Notes under the pieces: generated by a model
Told to the model about the DNA's origin: nothing
The model's database searches: none
Seen by the model: only the letters and a program-made list of their open reading frames with translations
Shown here: piece by piece, positions 1-14,638 of the stretch
Layout of the letters: each line of letters starts with the position of its first letter
Numbering within the stretch: the stretch's first letter is position 1
NCBI RefSeq assembly: GCF_009914755.1
Contig: NC_060935.1
Strand: one strand, 5' to 3'
Length of the DNA stretch: 64,000 nucleotides
Source of the DNA: the human T2T-CHM13v2.0 reference genome, Homo sapiens
Position numbers and translations under genes: made by a program

Positions 1-9
1 GATTCTTGC

Positions 10-690
10 TTTATTCATTCCTTCATTTGTTCATATTTTTTAGGAGGTATCCACTCGTTTCCTACTTCAGGCAAATCTCTCTGTGAGGCCTGGAATTCTA
101 AGGATAAATAAGGTCCAGACTCCGGCTCCAGGAAGAGTATAATCAAACAGTGAGGGCCAGCAGGACAGCAAACGACAGTTACCACGAGGGGCTGGATCTG
201 GGACGCAAGGTACCGTGGGACGAGGATGCAGGAATTGGGCCTGGCATGAGACAGGAAGGCTTCCCAGAGGCAGAAGGTTTTGAGCAAGTTCATGAGGAGC
301 TCAAGAAGAAGGTGAGTTTGGAAACTGATAATCCAGAGAGCTAACAAAATGTGCAAAAGTGTGGAGGCTGAAATGCATCCTGTATTCCAACCATTCCCCA
401 AATAGCCCTGTTACTGAGTAGCCGCAGGAGAGTGGTGGGAGCTGACCTGGAGCAGGGAGGCACAGGGACAAGATAGGGCAGAACCTGTGTGCCAAGTCAA
501 GGTTCCAGGTGTGTTATGTAAGTGACAGGTGTCCACTGAAGAGCTTTAAGGAGGCAAGTGACACAGTCAGATTGAGATCTGGAAAATCACCCTGGAAGAT
601 GGACTGGAGAGGAGCCAAGTTGTGCATGGGTCGGGAAATGGCAATGAGGGGGCGACGGCAATAATGCAGGTGATAGGTCCGCATATTGGA
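10..690 (-). mobile_element. L2 LINE remnant
   Basis: Opens with ttattcattccttcatt (L2 3' CATT-type tail in antisense). Later gagctttaaggaggcaagtgacacagtcagattgagatctggaaaatcaccctgg resembles the L2 body. Highly diverged. Confidence 0.6.
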
Positions 691-1110
691 ATCTCTTCCG
701 CATGGAGATCCAGCAATGCCTCACACAGTTTCATTGCCCGGCACACTGGTCTTTGGGTCAGCAGCCTTCAGCTTCAGACAATTTCCAGTAGAAAGTGAGA
801 ATAAACTTGCAACAAGAATGCAGAAGCTCCCGGAAAGAAATATGCACTGACAACCAGAGAGAATGACTTGGAAGGATAAAAAGCAGCTTTAGGAAAGCAC
901 TCAAGGAAAAAACGCCAAGAAAAAGCCGAGCAGAAATATCCCTCGCGTCCCACGAAGAACTCTGTGCTGTATTCCCCAAGGACACTTCAGGACCCTCCGG
1001 GTACCTGAGTTCCAGAGACTTCTGGCAGAAGGACCTCCAGTCTCAAGGTCACTTAACACGTTGCCTCAGAAGCCACTCTCCTGTGCGACCCCTAGCCCGC
1101 CAGGGTTTTC

Positions 1111-1320
1111 TCTATTGGCTGGCTCCGTTCGCTCTCCACACAGGTCATGAACAGAACTGACCTCCCTGACTCAGCAGCTCTGACAACATCTCTGCTCCAG
1201 AAGGTCAGGTTCCCTGGCAAGCACCAGCACCCTGGCCACACCTGATGTCAAGAGAGAATGATGCATCCTCCTGAATGGTTTGGGCTGAATTGGGAGACCA
1301 AGCCCTTGTCAGTCAAATAC
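1111..1320. repeat. Copy 1 of a diverged ~200-bp local direct repeat
   Basis: 1203-1291 aligns ungapped to 2085-2173 with about 17 mismatches in 89 nt by hand count. Confidence 0.85.
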
Positions 1321-2020
1321 CAACAGGGCAGTTCTGAACCTGCCGGGCTGGGTGAGTCATCACCTTCATAAAACAAAATACCCCAATAATTAATACAGAA
1401 CAAATTAATTAAAGGAAGTGAGACCATTGCAGCACCCACTGTGAACGGATGATAATTATTTGCAAACACAGGGAGAGGCTCAGTAAGCATCCAGACTCCT
1501 GCTTCACTGGCAACGAACTAAGCCCTGAAATCCCACGCATCTAAAGGTCAGGAGGAAACGCAGAGCAGAACCCACCCAGCCAACTGCGAGACTGAAGCAG
1601 GTGAGGCCACAGCCCAGGCTTAGCCCTTTGCCTGATCATTTCACCTGCATAAAAATTTCCAGCACCTCTGTCCCTCAGTCATTTACAATTCCAATCCCTC
1701 AGAGGAATAACCACAAGCTTCTCCCTACATTTTTAACAGGAGAAGTGAACGTAAAGGGACACTAATCTTACAGAAGCCACGCGTCACTTCAGCTGAGGCC
1801 TCCCCACCTTTCCAAGCAGTGTCCTAGCCCTGGGCGACTACCCTCGTTCTCAGACGTAGATCCACCAGTGTCTGGACCAGATCCGAACGGCCTTGAATGA
1901 AATGCCCTGTTTACAGATGATTGGAAACGGGAACTATGTCTAACGTGTACTTAATCTGCTCTGTTTTTCCCCTTTTACCATATCCTTCACCTTCTCACAT
2001 ATTACATACATCACTGTACG

Positions 2021-2205
2021 TATTCATTGGCTCTGCTCTCTCTCTACCCAGGTCATAAGAACAGACGCCCCTGCAACAGCAGGAGGTTAGATTTCTTGAC
2101 AAGCACTGGCTCCCTGGCCACACCTGGCATCAAGAGAGAGGGATGCGTCCTCCCGAATGGATTGGGCTAAATTTGGGGGTGAAGTCCTTCAAAAGAGTCA
2201 AAATA
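2021..2205. repeat. Copy 2 of the diverged local direct repeat
   Basis: Shares attggct...caggtcat...caagcac...ccctggccacacctg...tcaagagaga...gaatgg.ttgggct with 1111-1320. Confidence 0.85.
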
Positions 2206-2209
2206 TTAC

Positions 2210-2360
2210 ATTTATTGTTTGTCAGCTCTCACTATAATGAAACCTCCGCAAGAGAAGGGCTCTTTATTTTATTAACAGATTTATTCCGTGAACCTATTAC
2301 AGTGCCTGGCACCTAGTAGACACTCAGTACATATTTCATCCAATAAGTCAATGAATAAGG
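2210..2360 (+). mobile_element. L2 3' end fragment
   Basis: acagtgcctggcacctagtagacactcagtacatatt...aatgaata is the typical L2 3' terminus. Confidence 0.7.
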
Positions 2361-2945
2361 TTATGGCAATCATTTTTCCAGAGTACACCCTGTAAGTTCT
2401 ATAGAATTTTAAGGGTGCAGCAGCAGCATCAACAGCACCTCCATTTCCTGTCTGTATCACTGCTACACCTATTGCAGTGGGAACTATTGGGAAGGGGAGG
2501 AGAGAGGAGAAGGCTCCAGCAACAGTACCAGAGCAGCCAGTGTACAGTCTAAGTCTGGGAGATTGCTTGGTGTCCTTGTGAACTTGCTAGAGCCTGGGAA
2601 AGGTAAGAACAGACAGTCGGTCAGATCTGAGTGTGTGACTGCACCAAGCTCTGGGCAGTTCTAGAGTTACAGGACATGAACTCACACCTCCCCGGAGAAT
2701 CCTAAGACCACATCTCCAGCAAACTCAGGCCCCAGGCACTCTGAGCATAGACCAGCTAATCTTGCACTCCAGCAATGCGGTAAGCAGCATGTCCAGCACC
2801 TGGTGGAAAACGCTTTGTTAGAATCCTGGTCACTGGCCCTCTGACACAACACCCCTCCTGGTCTCCAGTTCTCTGAGTGCCTCTGGGCCACCCCTGAGGC
2901 CAGAAGCAACAAAACCAGTTCTCCTGCTGGGAGAAGAACACTCAC

Positions 2946-3012
2946 CTCCTCCCAATTCAAGAATCTGAGTGGCAAACTTGCTCTGCCACTATTTTGAGTG
3001 GAAACAGCTGGG
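2946..3012 (-). other. Candidate 67-nt internal exon (probably lncRNA)
   Basis: Minus strand reads gtgatctgttgatttcttttgcag|CCCAGC...GGGAGGAG|gtgagt: polypyrimidine acceptor plus consensus donor. No transcript evidence is available. Confidence 0.4.
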
Positions 3013-5504
3013 CTGCAAAAGAAATCAACAGATCACAGATGAAAGTGCATCTTAAATGGAGTCAGAGACTTTCACCACCATTCCCTGGTAATAGACACCA
3101 TCACATTACTCCAGGTCCCTGGTTACAGCCAACTGGATTTCATCTCTCTTCAATGAGGCTGAAAGTGCCAGAGGATTTTAGTCGTGAAGCACACAGGACT
3201 CCTGAGGTGGGGCAGTCGGTCTGTAGGTTACCTATCCACACAGGTACAGCAGTCGGATTCGGTGGAGGAGGAAGTTCCAGTGGAAACAAGTATCTCTCCA
3301 CATTATCTGTATTGCTTGAGGGGAACAGGTTACTCATTTTGCTCACTTCTCAGTGAAGTCGTAGGTTTGCAAACCCAGTCTGACACCCAATGATCTCGCA
3401 GTTCCCTCCGACTGTCTCCACACCATTTCAGTCCACATCATCTCGCGCCTGGAAGATTACGACCACCTCTAACAGCTGTCCCAGCCTACAGTCACGTTCC
3501 CTCGCAATCCATTCACCACTTCAGCTGAAAGAGCTCCTCCAGGTCCCTCCCTTAAAGCCTTTCAGGGGTTTCTATGGAGACTGAACTTCCATGAGGAGTT
3601 CCATCTCCTTAAGACGATCCAACCCCTCCCAACCACTTTAGCCTTGTTTCTTACCCAATCCTCCATCTCTCACTCAACAAAAGAGCCAGACTCAACTTCT
3701 CCCCAACTCCCAAGATGCCACACCTCCATCCCCTCCAGGTCTCCCAGCACAGCGACACCCCACTCATGCCTCCTCCTCTTTCCCCCCCCTGCTGCCTTCA
3801 ACTCTCTTCACTAACCTCTACATACCCTTCTAGGCGGCTGCCTTCAGAGGGCATCTCCGGCCCCTAGACTACATATACTCATCTGTCTGAAAGTAGCTGG
3901 CCATGCCCCTCATCCCACCCTATGGCAACGTCCTTGGCCATGACTGGCTTTGCGTGTGGCTGAGAACCCACCCCGGTCTGTCTTCTTTGTTTCACCAACA
4001 CCCAACACATTCCCAGATCAATAAATGTTTGCTGAATGAAAACATAAACTTATTTTTGAGACAGCTATGAATCTCCACCATTCCACCATCTCCCCAAAAC
4101 TCTTCCCTAAGATTAGCCTTAGAACTAAAGACTACGTGAGCCTAGAACTAAGGGTCGTACCTGGCACCCTCCTTTTGTTCAATCTCACTAGACTAGTTTA
4201 GCTATTCTGCTCTTTCCCCTGTGGAATGTCTGCTGTGGCCACTTTTCCTGATCTCTGTATTAGCTCCACCACAGATTGGTTCCCTAGACAGAAAATTCCA
4301 TTCCACCTAAGAACTCAGATTCCCAGAAACATTGGAAATGCTGAAGAATTGGCTACGTAACTTTTCAGGACTGCGGGGAGGCCTCGCACACCCCCTAAAG
4401 GTGGCATTTAATACCTTCATAAAATCATCTGGGCCTCTTCCTGGTGCCAGCCCTCAATCGCCAGACTTCCTGGCATTCAGTGCCAGTGCATCTGGAAGAA
4501 GTGTTAGGCATCCCCTAGCCCAGCGGCCTGCATTTACAGATGAAAAGCTGAGACCTAAAGATGTCATGTGACCTGACAATGGTTGCATGGAGCAAGTCTG
4601 AACTCAATTGGACGCCCTAGTTCTGCTGGGAAACATGAATGGCCTTTCAAAATCCCATGGGCTTTCCATAAAATACCAACATCTCTCTCATGCTTTCTGA
4701 CGGGGGACCCATAGTCAGAACAGGTCTAGGGCCCTCCAATGTCCGTAAGATCCTGAAGAGAAGAGGTGGTGGGAATACTAGTCTGTTGTGCCCTGTCCTT
4801 CCCAGCCACCCCTGGTGTTCTAAATCCACTCCACCATAAATTCAAAGTGGGTTGGCCAGGTCACACCTCTGGGGCATGGACCCAGATCTGCTGTCTTTCT
4901 TCTCTAACAGAGGTGAAGAATTCTGATTGTCATCAATGAGTTTGTTTTACAGCCAAGGAAACAGAGGCCTAAGGTGATCTCTGTTTCATGGCAACACTCA
5001 GGAACTCTATTCCTGAATCTCTTTCGCACAATTGTGCAAGGTGAGGTAGTGTTGCAAAACGTTGTTTTTACCAGGCCTTAACCACCTATATAATAAAACA
5101 CCCAGTACATTCTGCTTACATTTAGTAATCATATGAAATGAAAAGTAGTTACAGACATTTTTGTGGCATTGTACATAATAAAATGGGTGATATATTGAGT
5201 ATTTTTCAGAAATCAAACACAGCTCTACCCCACTTCTGCTGAGTCTGAAATGAGATGAACCTATTTCATCATCAATAACATGGAGAAATATTAGGGCTTG
5301 AGAAAGATAAAGGGAAACTGTGAATTTAATATATATTAATGTGTAGCAAAATGGTTATTCATACCATGAGAAGTGTGGACATGATTATTCATGGGCAAGA
5401 GACTTTCCCACCTGCCAAATTTATAAGACTGTTTTCTCTAAAACAATCCAACTGTTTAGTCAAGACTTAATATTTATGGATTTTGAGCACTCAGTAATCT
5501 AAGT

Positions 5505-7180
5505 CCGTGTTTCTCAAAGTGGGATCCACAGACCACTAAGGAATCTCTAAAATTCTTTCAGGGATCTGCAAGGTCAACTCTATTTTCAAAATAACACTAA
5601 GACATTATTTGTCTTTTTCACTGTGTTCGTGTTTATACTGATGAGGCAAAAGCAGTGATGAGTAAAACTGTTGGCGCCTAACACAAATCAAGGCTGTAGC
5701 AGCAAACCTGATGATAGTTTGGATACTTGTCCCACTCCAATCTCATGTTGAATTATCTTGCTGGAGGTGGGGACTGGTGGGAAGTGTTTTGATCATGGAG
5801 ACAGATCTCTCATGGTTTGGTGCTGTCTTCATGATGGTGAGTTTTTGCAAGATCTGGTCATTTAAAAGTGTGGGACACCTCCCCCCACACTCTCTCTCAC
5901 TTGCTCCTGCTTCTGCCATGAGACATGCCTGCTCCCACTTCATGAGTATAAGCTTCCTGAGGCCTCCCCAGAAGCAGATGCCAGCACTAAGTTTCCCATA
6001 CGGCCTGCAGAACCAATTAAACCTCTTTTCCTATAAATTACCCAGTCTCCGATATTTCTTTATAGCAATGCAAGAACGGCCTAATACACTTTACTAGTAG
6101 TCATCGTGTTCTTCCTTTACATGCACTCATAACTAAAATACAAAAGTATCAGTTTCACTTAAGAATGTTCTTCATGAAACAGTAAAAAAAATTCTATTAA
6201 ATCTCAGTCCTTGAGTACATACTTTCTAAAAATGTTACACACCGCATGCAAAACACTTTGCTGTGTACTGAAGTACAACAGCTGTCTAGAGGATAAAATG
6301 ATTGTGTGATTATTTGAATTGCCAGCTAAACTAGACACTTTTTCATGGAATGCTATTATTACTTGAGGGACTGACACGCAAACTGTTTACTTAGATATGG
6401 ATATTTAGAGACATTTTCACAAAAACAAATAAAATGAGCCTGCCACTTCAATGAAAACAACTGGCAATATTTGTCACCAATGGTAAAATTTGATCTTTCA
6501 AGCAAAAATTATAATCTTGGAAAACTTGTTTCCATCACTGAAAACTTGACAGCTCCCCAACCCTTAAAGACTTTCCAGTGCGATCAGTGCTGTTACTAAC
6601 AAATGTGATTATTTTTCTCTTGTATAATGATATTTGTCAGCATTTGGAGATCTGCATAATTTAGCGGGTCATTATTTTCCAAATGACCAATGCTGATGTT
6701 ATAAGATCATACATGAGTGAAAGATCCATTCAAATGCAAGATTGGTCAATGGATTTTAATGTAAGTAAGTATGGAGTGCATTGATGTGGTTTCAGAATCC
6801 ATATTGAAATTCACCTTTAAGAAACTACTTGTCAATTTTTCATGTAGAAAAATATCCACATTTATGTACTAAGCACCTCTCCCCTTTACAACTACATCTC
6901 TGTATGAAGCCAGATTTTCTTCATATATTTTAGCTAAAATAACACATCACATTTTATTCAGAAGCAAACATGAGAATTCAACTATCTTCTTTTAAGCCAA
7001 ACATTAGCAAGAGTTGCAAAAAGGTAAAGCGATACTACTTTTCTCACTAAAATTTCTTTGCTTTGGAAAATAGTTTTCATAAAATATAGTGTTAACATAT
7101 AATAGGTTTATCGATGTTATTTTTAATTAATTAACAATTTCTTAAATTTCTCTCTAATTTTTAATATATAAATGAAAGTA
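5505..7180. mobile_element. Charlie1-type hAT DNA transposon, interrupted by an MST LTR
   Basis: Starts gtgtttctcaaagtgggatccacagacc. AT-rich decayed transposase-like body (ctgccacttcaatgaaaacaactggc, ttttccaaatgaccaatgc) resembles Charlie1/1a. Confidence 0.75.
5710..6088 (+). mobile_element. MST-type MaLR solo LTR (MSTB-like)
   Basis: tgatagtttggatac...aattaaacctcttttcctataaattacccagtctc...ctaataca termini. Confidence 0.85.
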
Positions 7181-9559
7181 TACTTATTTCTCTGCAGCCA
7201 TGGTCATATAAATCAAGCTATATTGCTCTCCTGCTTAAAAATTCTTCAGCGAATTCCCATTGCAATTAGAATAAAATCTCAATCATTTTCTGCAGCCACC
7301 AGGGCACTAACCATGGCCACTGCCCCTCTGCACCGTCCTGTGCTCCCAGCAAACTCCAGGGCAGTCCATGGCTGTCTATGCCCGAGCACACCCACCCAGC
7401 CTGCCTTATTTCCGGCCTTTGCATTGCCTGCAATTCCCAGTGTGCAGAATGACTGAAGGCAAGTAATAGGATCTCAGTAAATACTTTTGAATAACTCCTT
7501 CCTGTGCTAGCGGAGACTGTGGAAAGGGAGGAAGAATGAAAAATTGAGTGAAAGGCGTTCAGACTGACACTTCGGGCAATGATCAAAAGTCAGTTGGTAA
7601 CGGTGATGGAAGCGCCTCATAAATTGTTCTGCCTTCAGTAAACAAACATCTTGAAGGGGAACTCGAGGGAAATCTCCTATGACACACGAGCATGCACTCT
7701 CCCTTTATCATGCACAAACTCACATGCCCTCCATTCCACAAATGTGCACATACACACATGCACACATGCACGTTCGTAAACAGTGTCCTTTTTAAAATTC
7801 TTCCGTCTTCCTTTTTTTGAAACCTGTCATCCCTTCTTCCTGCTCCTTCCAGATTTACGACTTTAAAAAAAATTTTTTTTAATTAAGGATTTTTAAAAAT
7901 CCCTTAGCTATTCCAGGTGTCAGGTTCATGACCAAATGAACTCTCAGGGTCTCAGGCAATTTTTCACTTCTCTTCTGTCAGCATTCCAGTGAAGCAACCT
8001 CGTGTCCACAAAAAGATGTCTTCCCTCCAAGAATAATAATTGGCCTGATTCTATAAAGCATTTTACATACCAATGCAACCTGTCACTGAATACCTTTCAA
8101 AGTCAACAAAAGGTGGAAAATTAAGGTAAAAATAACTGAAATACCAACCTGTATTCTCTGTTTCCGCCATCCTTGTATAGGAGAGGCCCCCACAATAAAT
8201 TGCTGAAGTGTGTGATCATTCATTGATACTGAGGCTGGGATTCAGGAAGTCACCAAAAACTAAAGGCATTTGTCCAAAATAGGTTGCAATTCTTTACCCA
8301 AAACCTTTAAAGTAATTTGCTTCTGTTCTGCGTGTAACTGTAGACAAAGAGTCAGGAAGGTCACATAAACGAGAAAATCAGCACAGGGATCAGGCCAGAG
8401 ACATACCTTGTATGAGTCGGGGGTCTCTACTGAGTTGGAGACCCCTCAGAGACAGCCACCACTTGGGGTCAACTGATTATTCTACGACAGAATGCCAGCT
8501 GTGTGTGGCTACACCTATTTTTCAAGAGAAGCTAGATAACCAGATTTGTATGCAAAATTCCCAATTAGTTCATTATTTAAAAGCACTGTGTTTAAAAATA
8601 TGTCTGCAGGTCACACTCAACCTGACGGTCACCAGTTTGTGACTTTTGTTCTAGACATTTAGAGAACAAAGAAAGAGTACAAAAACCATGGGCAATGGTG
8701 GAAGAACAACATTTTTTAAAAAGAAATTATTAAGCTTTCAGCAAAGGTTTGAAATTTCAGGAGTGCAGAGCTGCCCTGGGCTCAGGAGCCATGTGCTGTC
8801 CCTGACTTAATTCCAATCTGATCAAGCCCAACTAGGTCTTTTCCAGGCCGCATGGTGAAAAAGAGACATGAATAACTTGAGGCTAGAAAATGAGGCTTAT
8901 GTGGACTCATAGGAACTTGAATTGGTCAGTCCTAAAGGGCAGGGGAGAAAAAAGCTCAACAATAACTTAATGATGAATTTCCCAAAGCTGGAATATAGAA
9001 AGAATAGCCATGGAATGTTGTAGAACATGGAAGGAGACACCTTGATTCCCAAGACTTTGTGGATGGTAAGCAGCAGGAGGGGGCTTGTCCAGACCATTAG
9101 AAAGCCGACTTTCCACTGTGGCTCTCACACAGCATTATCTCTGACTCTTCAGGGCAAGGTGGAGGCCAGGCATCTTTTGGCAACAACACATGCACACTGG
9201 AGCTGCTCAGAAGGCAGGGAGGCCCCTGGGATGGAATTGAGCCTCAGCAGGCTCGCCGTTCCATCACACGAGGCTGGCTAAGAAGGTCGTCCCAGCCCTA
9301 TCACCTGTGGCAACTGGAGACTGAATGGCAGCTGAAAATGACTAGGGTTTGGGTGGTGAGTATAGTCTCCACTATTATTTTTTTCCTTCTTGTTTTCTTC
9401 CCCAGAGCAGACTTTCCTTACTCAGTGATCTGACAACTTTTCTATCCTTCTTGGATTTTTTTCTAAGAAAAATGAATAAAGAGTGGGGGGTGGAGGGGGG
9501 TGACAACTTCAAGAGCAAACACTCGGGAAGGTGAGAGCACCTGCTCCTTGCTTCTGTTA

Positions 9560-10095
9560 AACAGTCAGCATACTGCCCAAAAGAATTGAAGACAGGTGTT
9601 CAACGAGAGTCTGGGCACAAATGTTCACAGTGGCACTATCTTGCCAAATGGTGGCCAAAATCCAAGTGTGCAGCTGGATGAGTAGGTACACAAAATGTAG
9701 CAAATCCACACAATGGAATATAATCCAGCTGTTTAAAAAAAAAGTGAGGTATTGACTCATGCTACAACACAGAGGAACCTCAAAAACATCGTGCTGGGTG
9801 AAAGAAGCCAGATCCAAAAGGTCACATATTGTGTGATTCCATTTGTATGAAATTTCCAGAAGAGGCAAATCTATAGCATCAGTGAGTATAGTAGACATTG
9901 CCAGGGGCTGAGGGAAGAGAGAATGAGGAATGACTGCTAATGGGTACAGGTTTTCCCTTGGTGATGATGAAAATGTTTTGGAACTTGATAGAAGTAATGG
10001 TTGCGCAACATTTGAATGTACTAAATGCTACTGAATTGTACATTTTAAAACCAACAATTTCATGTTATGTGAATATTGCCTCAATTTTTTAAAAA
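9560..10095 (+). mobile_element. L1MB 3' end
   Basis: catgctacaacacagaggaacctcaaaaacatc...gatgatgaaaatgttttggaacttgataga...gtactaaatgctactgaattgtac. Confidence 0.85.
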
Positions 10096-10099
10096 GCCA

Positions 10100-10335
10100 G
10101 CATAGTGTTTTGGTGAAATATTGACTGCGTAGTTTTGAATTCTGACCTGCCATATGCCAGCTGTGTGACATTTGGCAAGTTGCTTAACCTCTCTGTGCCT
10201 CAGTTTCGCATTTTAAATTTATGATACCGAAACTAGTTTCCTCACACATTGTTATGAGAAGTAAGTGAGTTGATATTTGCAAAGCACTAAGCCAGTACTT
10301 GCATATGCTAAGTGCCATATAAATGTTTTCTAAAT
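10100..10335 (+). mobile_element. MIR SINE
   Basis: Core ggcaagttgcttaacctctctgtgcctcagtttc. Confidence 0.85.
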
Positions 10336-11697
10336 ACATCAATCAGCCCCATAGCCCACTCCAAGCAGGCTGCTCTGACCCTGGGCTATTTTTTCAGATT
10401 TAGGTTCTTGGTCTGAAAGAATGGCCTCCGTGGGAGCCAGGACAGAATGGGGGCTGAAAGCTCAGCCGGGTCATGCTCCTGTCTTTGGAGCTACCTGCAG
10501 ATAAAGTCCTTTTACATATTCCCACACAATGGAAATATGCAACCACTTCCAACTGGGTCCCAAATTCTCAAATGTCCCGACTACAGGACTCTGGGGACAC
10601 AGCCTCCTCCTTAAGGATTTGTAAGATGCCTGTAAAGAAAAGGAAAATTCATGAACCTGCTCAGAAGAAACCACACAAGAATACTTAGAGGCAAAAAATT
10701 ACTCAGGCTGACATTTGAGAGGCTCTGGTTCACTGGTTCAGGCCCCCTTCCCAGGCTGACCGGGGTGAGAGGCTCTGGGAGGACACAGTCCACGGGAGCT
10801 GTGCCCTTCTGCTAATTCCGTCTAGCCATATTCCTCCACACCTGCGAAGTGGTGGAGAATGTTCTCTGCTTCACTCCACCCACACTTGGGCATTGGAACA
10901 ATGACTTCCTCATTGGGTTTTGGTAGTTTTTCCATTATGTTTTAATTTTGCCCTTTATATGAAGTGCTTTATTTTGTTTTAGAATAGGCATTACATTGGC
11001 TCAAAAATCAATTCACACAGAAAAGTATATGGTGAAGTCTTACTTCCACCCCAGTTACAATCTCCTCCACATATGTGCACAGCTAGTTCATTTTACCAGT
11101 ATCTAGGGTACCCTTTCCCAGATTTCTTTAAGATACTGCAAACAAACATAGACATTTTCTTTTTTTCTTTTCTCATCACAGGAAGGATAGCATATTGTAT
11201 ACACTCTACTGCACCTTGACTTTTTTTTCATATAATATACCTTGAAAATCAGTTCCTAGAAACTTTCCTCATTCTTTTTTACAGCCGTATAGTATTCCAC
11301 CATAGGCAAGTACCATAATTTATGAAATCATTTCCCACTTGATGAGTAAGTGAGTGGGATTCCAATCTTTTGCTATTAAAAAACCAGTGGTAACTAATAA
11401 ATTGTGCACATGTCATCATTCAGGTACGCAATATTTTATAAGGTAAATCCCCAAAGGTGTCATTGCTGGGTCAAGGGTTACATGCCTTTGTAATTTTGAC
11501 AGATAATGCCAAATTGCTGTCCATTTTACCTGCCAACAACATCAGAAAGTTCCGTTTCCTCACAGATACATCAACACAATGTGTTGTCAAACTAGTATTC
11601 TTTCCAATCGGACAGGTGAAAAATGGTATCTTGGAGTAGCTTTAACTTGCTTTGCTCTTATCATGAGTGACGTTGAACATCACTTTTACATATTTAG

Positions 11698-11940
<243 letters not shown>

Positions 11941-11971
11941 TTAGCGGGCATTTCTATTTTCTATCCTATGA

Positions 11972-12408
<437 letters not shown>

Positions 12409-13149
12409 AGAATTTAGCCATTTTCTATGATAAGAGTTGCAAGCACTCTACCCAGTTTATGACATTTGCAAATGGTGTTTTTGCCATGGAGAATATTAAC
12501 TTACCAGTCTTCTCCAGCTTTTGTAATTTCTGAATTTTGAATAGTGAAAAACACATCACCATCCCGAGGTTGTAAAGGTTTTAACGTGGAAATTCTTGTA
12601 AGTTTTCATCTAGTACTCAGATTTTTTTTTTAATATTTAATCCTTTCATTCATTTGGAGCTTTTTTTTCTTCTTTTTTCAACTTTTTCTCACACAGGGAA
12701 GGGAATTCCTCATGTCCTCTCTCTTTATCCAGCCACCCTCTCACCTCCCCTTTTATCCTAACCTGAACTCGGTCCTGGCCCTTCACTTAGACATTACAAC
12801 AGCTGCCAGCAATGTAGACTTGAGGAAAAGGCAGCAACCCTCAGGCTCCTCCCAGGGCGATCGGAATCTCTGCATGAATCTGAGCTGTCTGGGATGAAGC
12901 GAGGTTTGGAGGAATTGAAGGAGGCAACTGAAAGGAACTCAATGGCAGCGACCCCAAATACGTTGCTTCAGCCACTTAAAATTCTTGCCAGCGCTGCACC
13001 GAGTCGCTTGGAAAGGGAGAGAAACGAACTTAAAAAGCAATTCCAGGGCTCCAACATGTGTTCTTCGTTGGTAGGATTCAGGAGGAGGATTTGGAAGACC
13101 CTGTGGGAGTATTCTTTCACTACTCTCCCCTAATCCTCTCCAAATCGCC

Positions 13150-13745
13150 TGGGCTCTACAGCTGTTGGTTAGCCAGATAAACTATTTGTTCAATTACTCC
13201 TGGCCTGGATGGGGCGGCTGGCCTCAAAGGCTTCAGGCTTCATAATTCGGGCTACTTCAATCAGCCAAGGCCCTCCCAGGGCTGCCTCCAGGAGACGGGG
13301 CCTGTTTGAAGACAGCAGCGCCCTAGCAAGTCTTGCCTTTCCACTCGCTTTTCATCTCCACCCAGACTGGGCTGCGGCGGCCGACACCTCCCCACGGACC
13401 CCGTGTCGGGGAGCAGAGTTAGCTGCGGGAACGATGCCAAGGCAGAGAAGCAAGGCGATAAAATAATTGCAAATGAAAGAGAGATTAGCAGGCGCTGTCG
13501 GGACAAATGCTTCCAAAATGGTTCCTGAAATCTCGGGCGGTGCGGTCTCAAAGGAGACGTCTCTGCAGCTGGGGTCTCCATGGCAATGGGGCAACAGACA
13601 CCCGGCTGGGGGCACTCTCTGCAAATGTCAGCGCCAACAAAACACCAGCCACCGCGAGGAGATGACAGACTGGGTCACCTTCGCTTCATGGAAATGGACT
13701 GGTCATTAACACAATTTTATTTTCCCCATTTGTCTGCTCTCCTTC
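13150..13745. promoter_or_regulatory. Enhancer-like unique block with retained CpGs
   Basis: Non-repetitive and CpG-richer than its flanks. Motifs: AGATAA 13175, TATTTGTT 13183, GGGGCGG 13211, CTCAAAGG (TCF-like) at 13223 and 13547, TAATTGCAAAT 13464. Motif-only evidence. Confidence 0.4.
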
Positions 13746-14018
13746 CCCATTCCCTTGGCTTCAGTGGAGTCTTACTAATAAATGGTCGACAGCTGTTGAG
13801 AGATGGGTCCAGGCTACCAGTTGCTCTGAGAAATGCGCTGTTTGGGGTTGGATGTCCTAGGCTGCCGGGAAGCTCTGAGCAGCCTTGCCGTGTTCTCTCT
13901 TCAGCTGTGTTCTCATCCCGGCTCCTCTGCCCCAGCCACTTCCACTGGTTGCCTTTTCCCCAAAATTTTACTTCAGTTTCTCATGAGATCCTGAGACAAC
14001 TCTAAGAAGTGGCTTGAT

Positions 14019-14638
<620 letters not shown>

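Noticed and set aside
150-344. 64-aa ORF with a following AAG|gtgagt donor at ~311
   Set aside because: Lies inside an antisense L2 remnant; the protein is not recognisable and no partner exons are evident.
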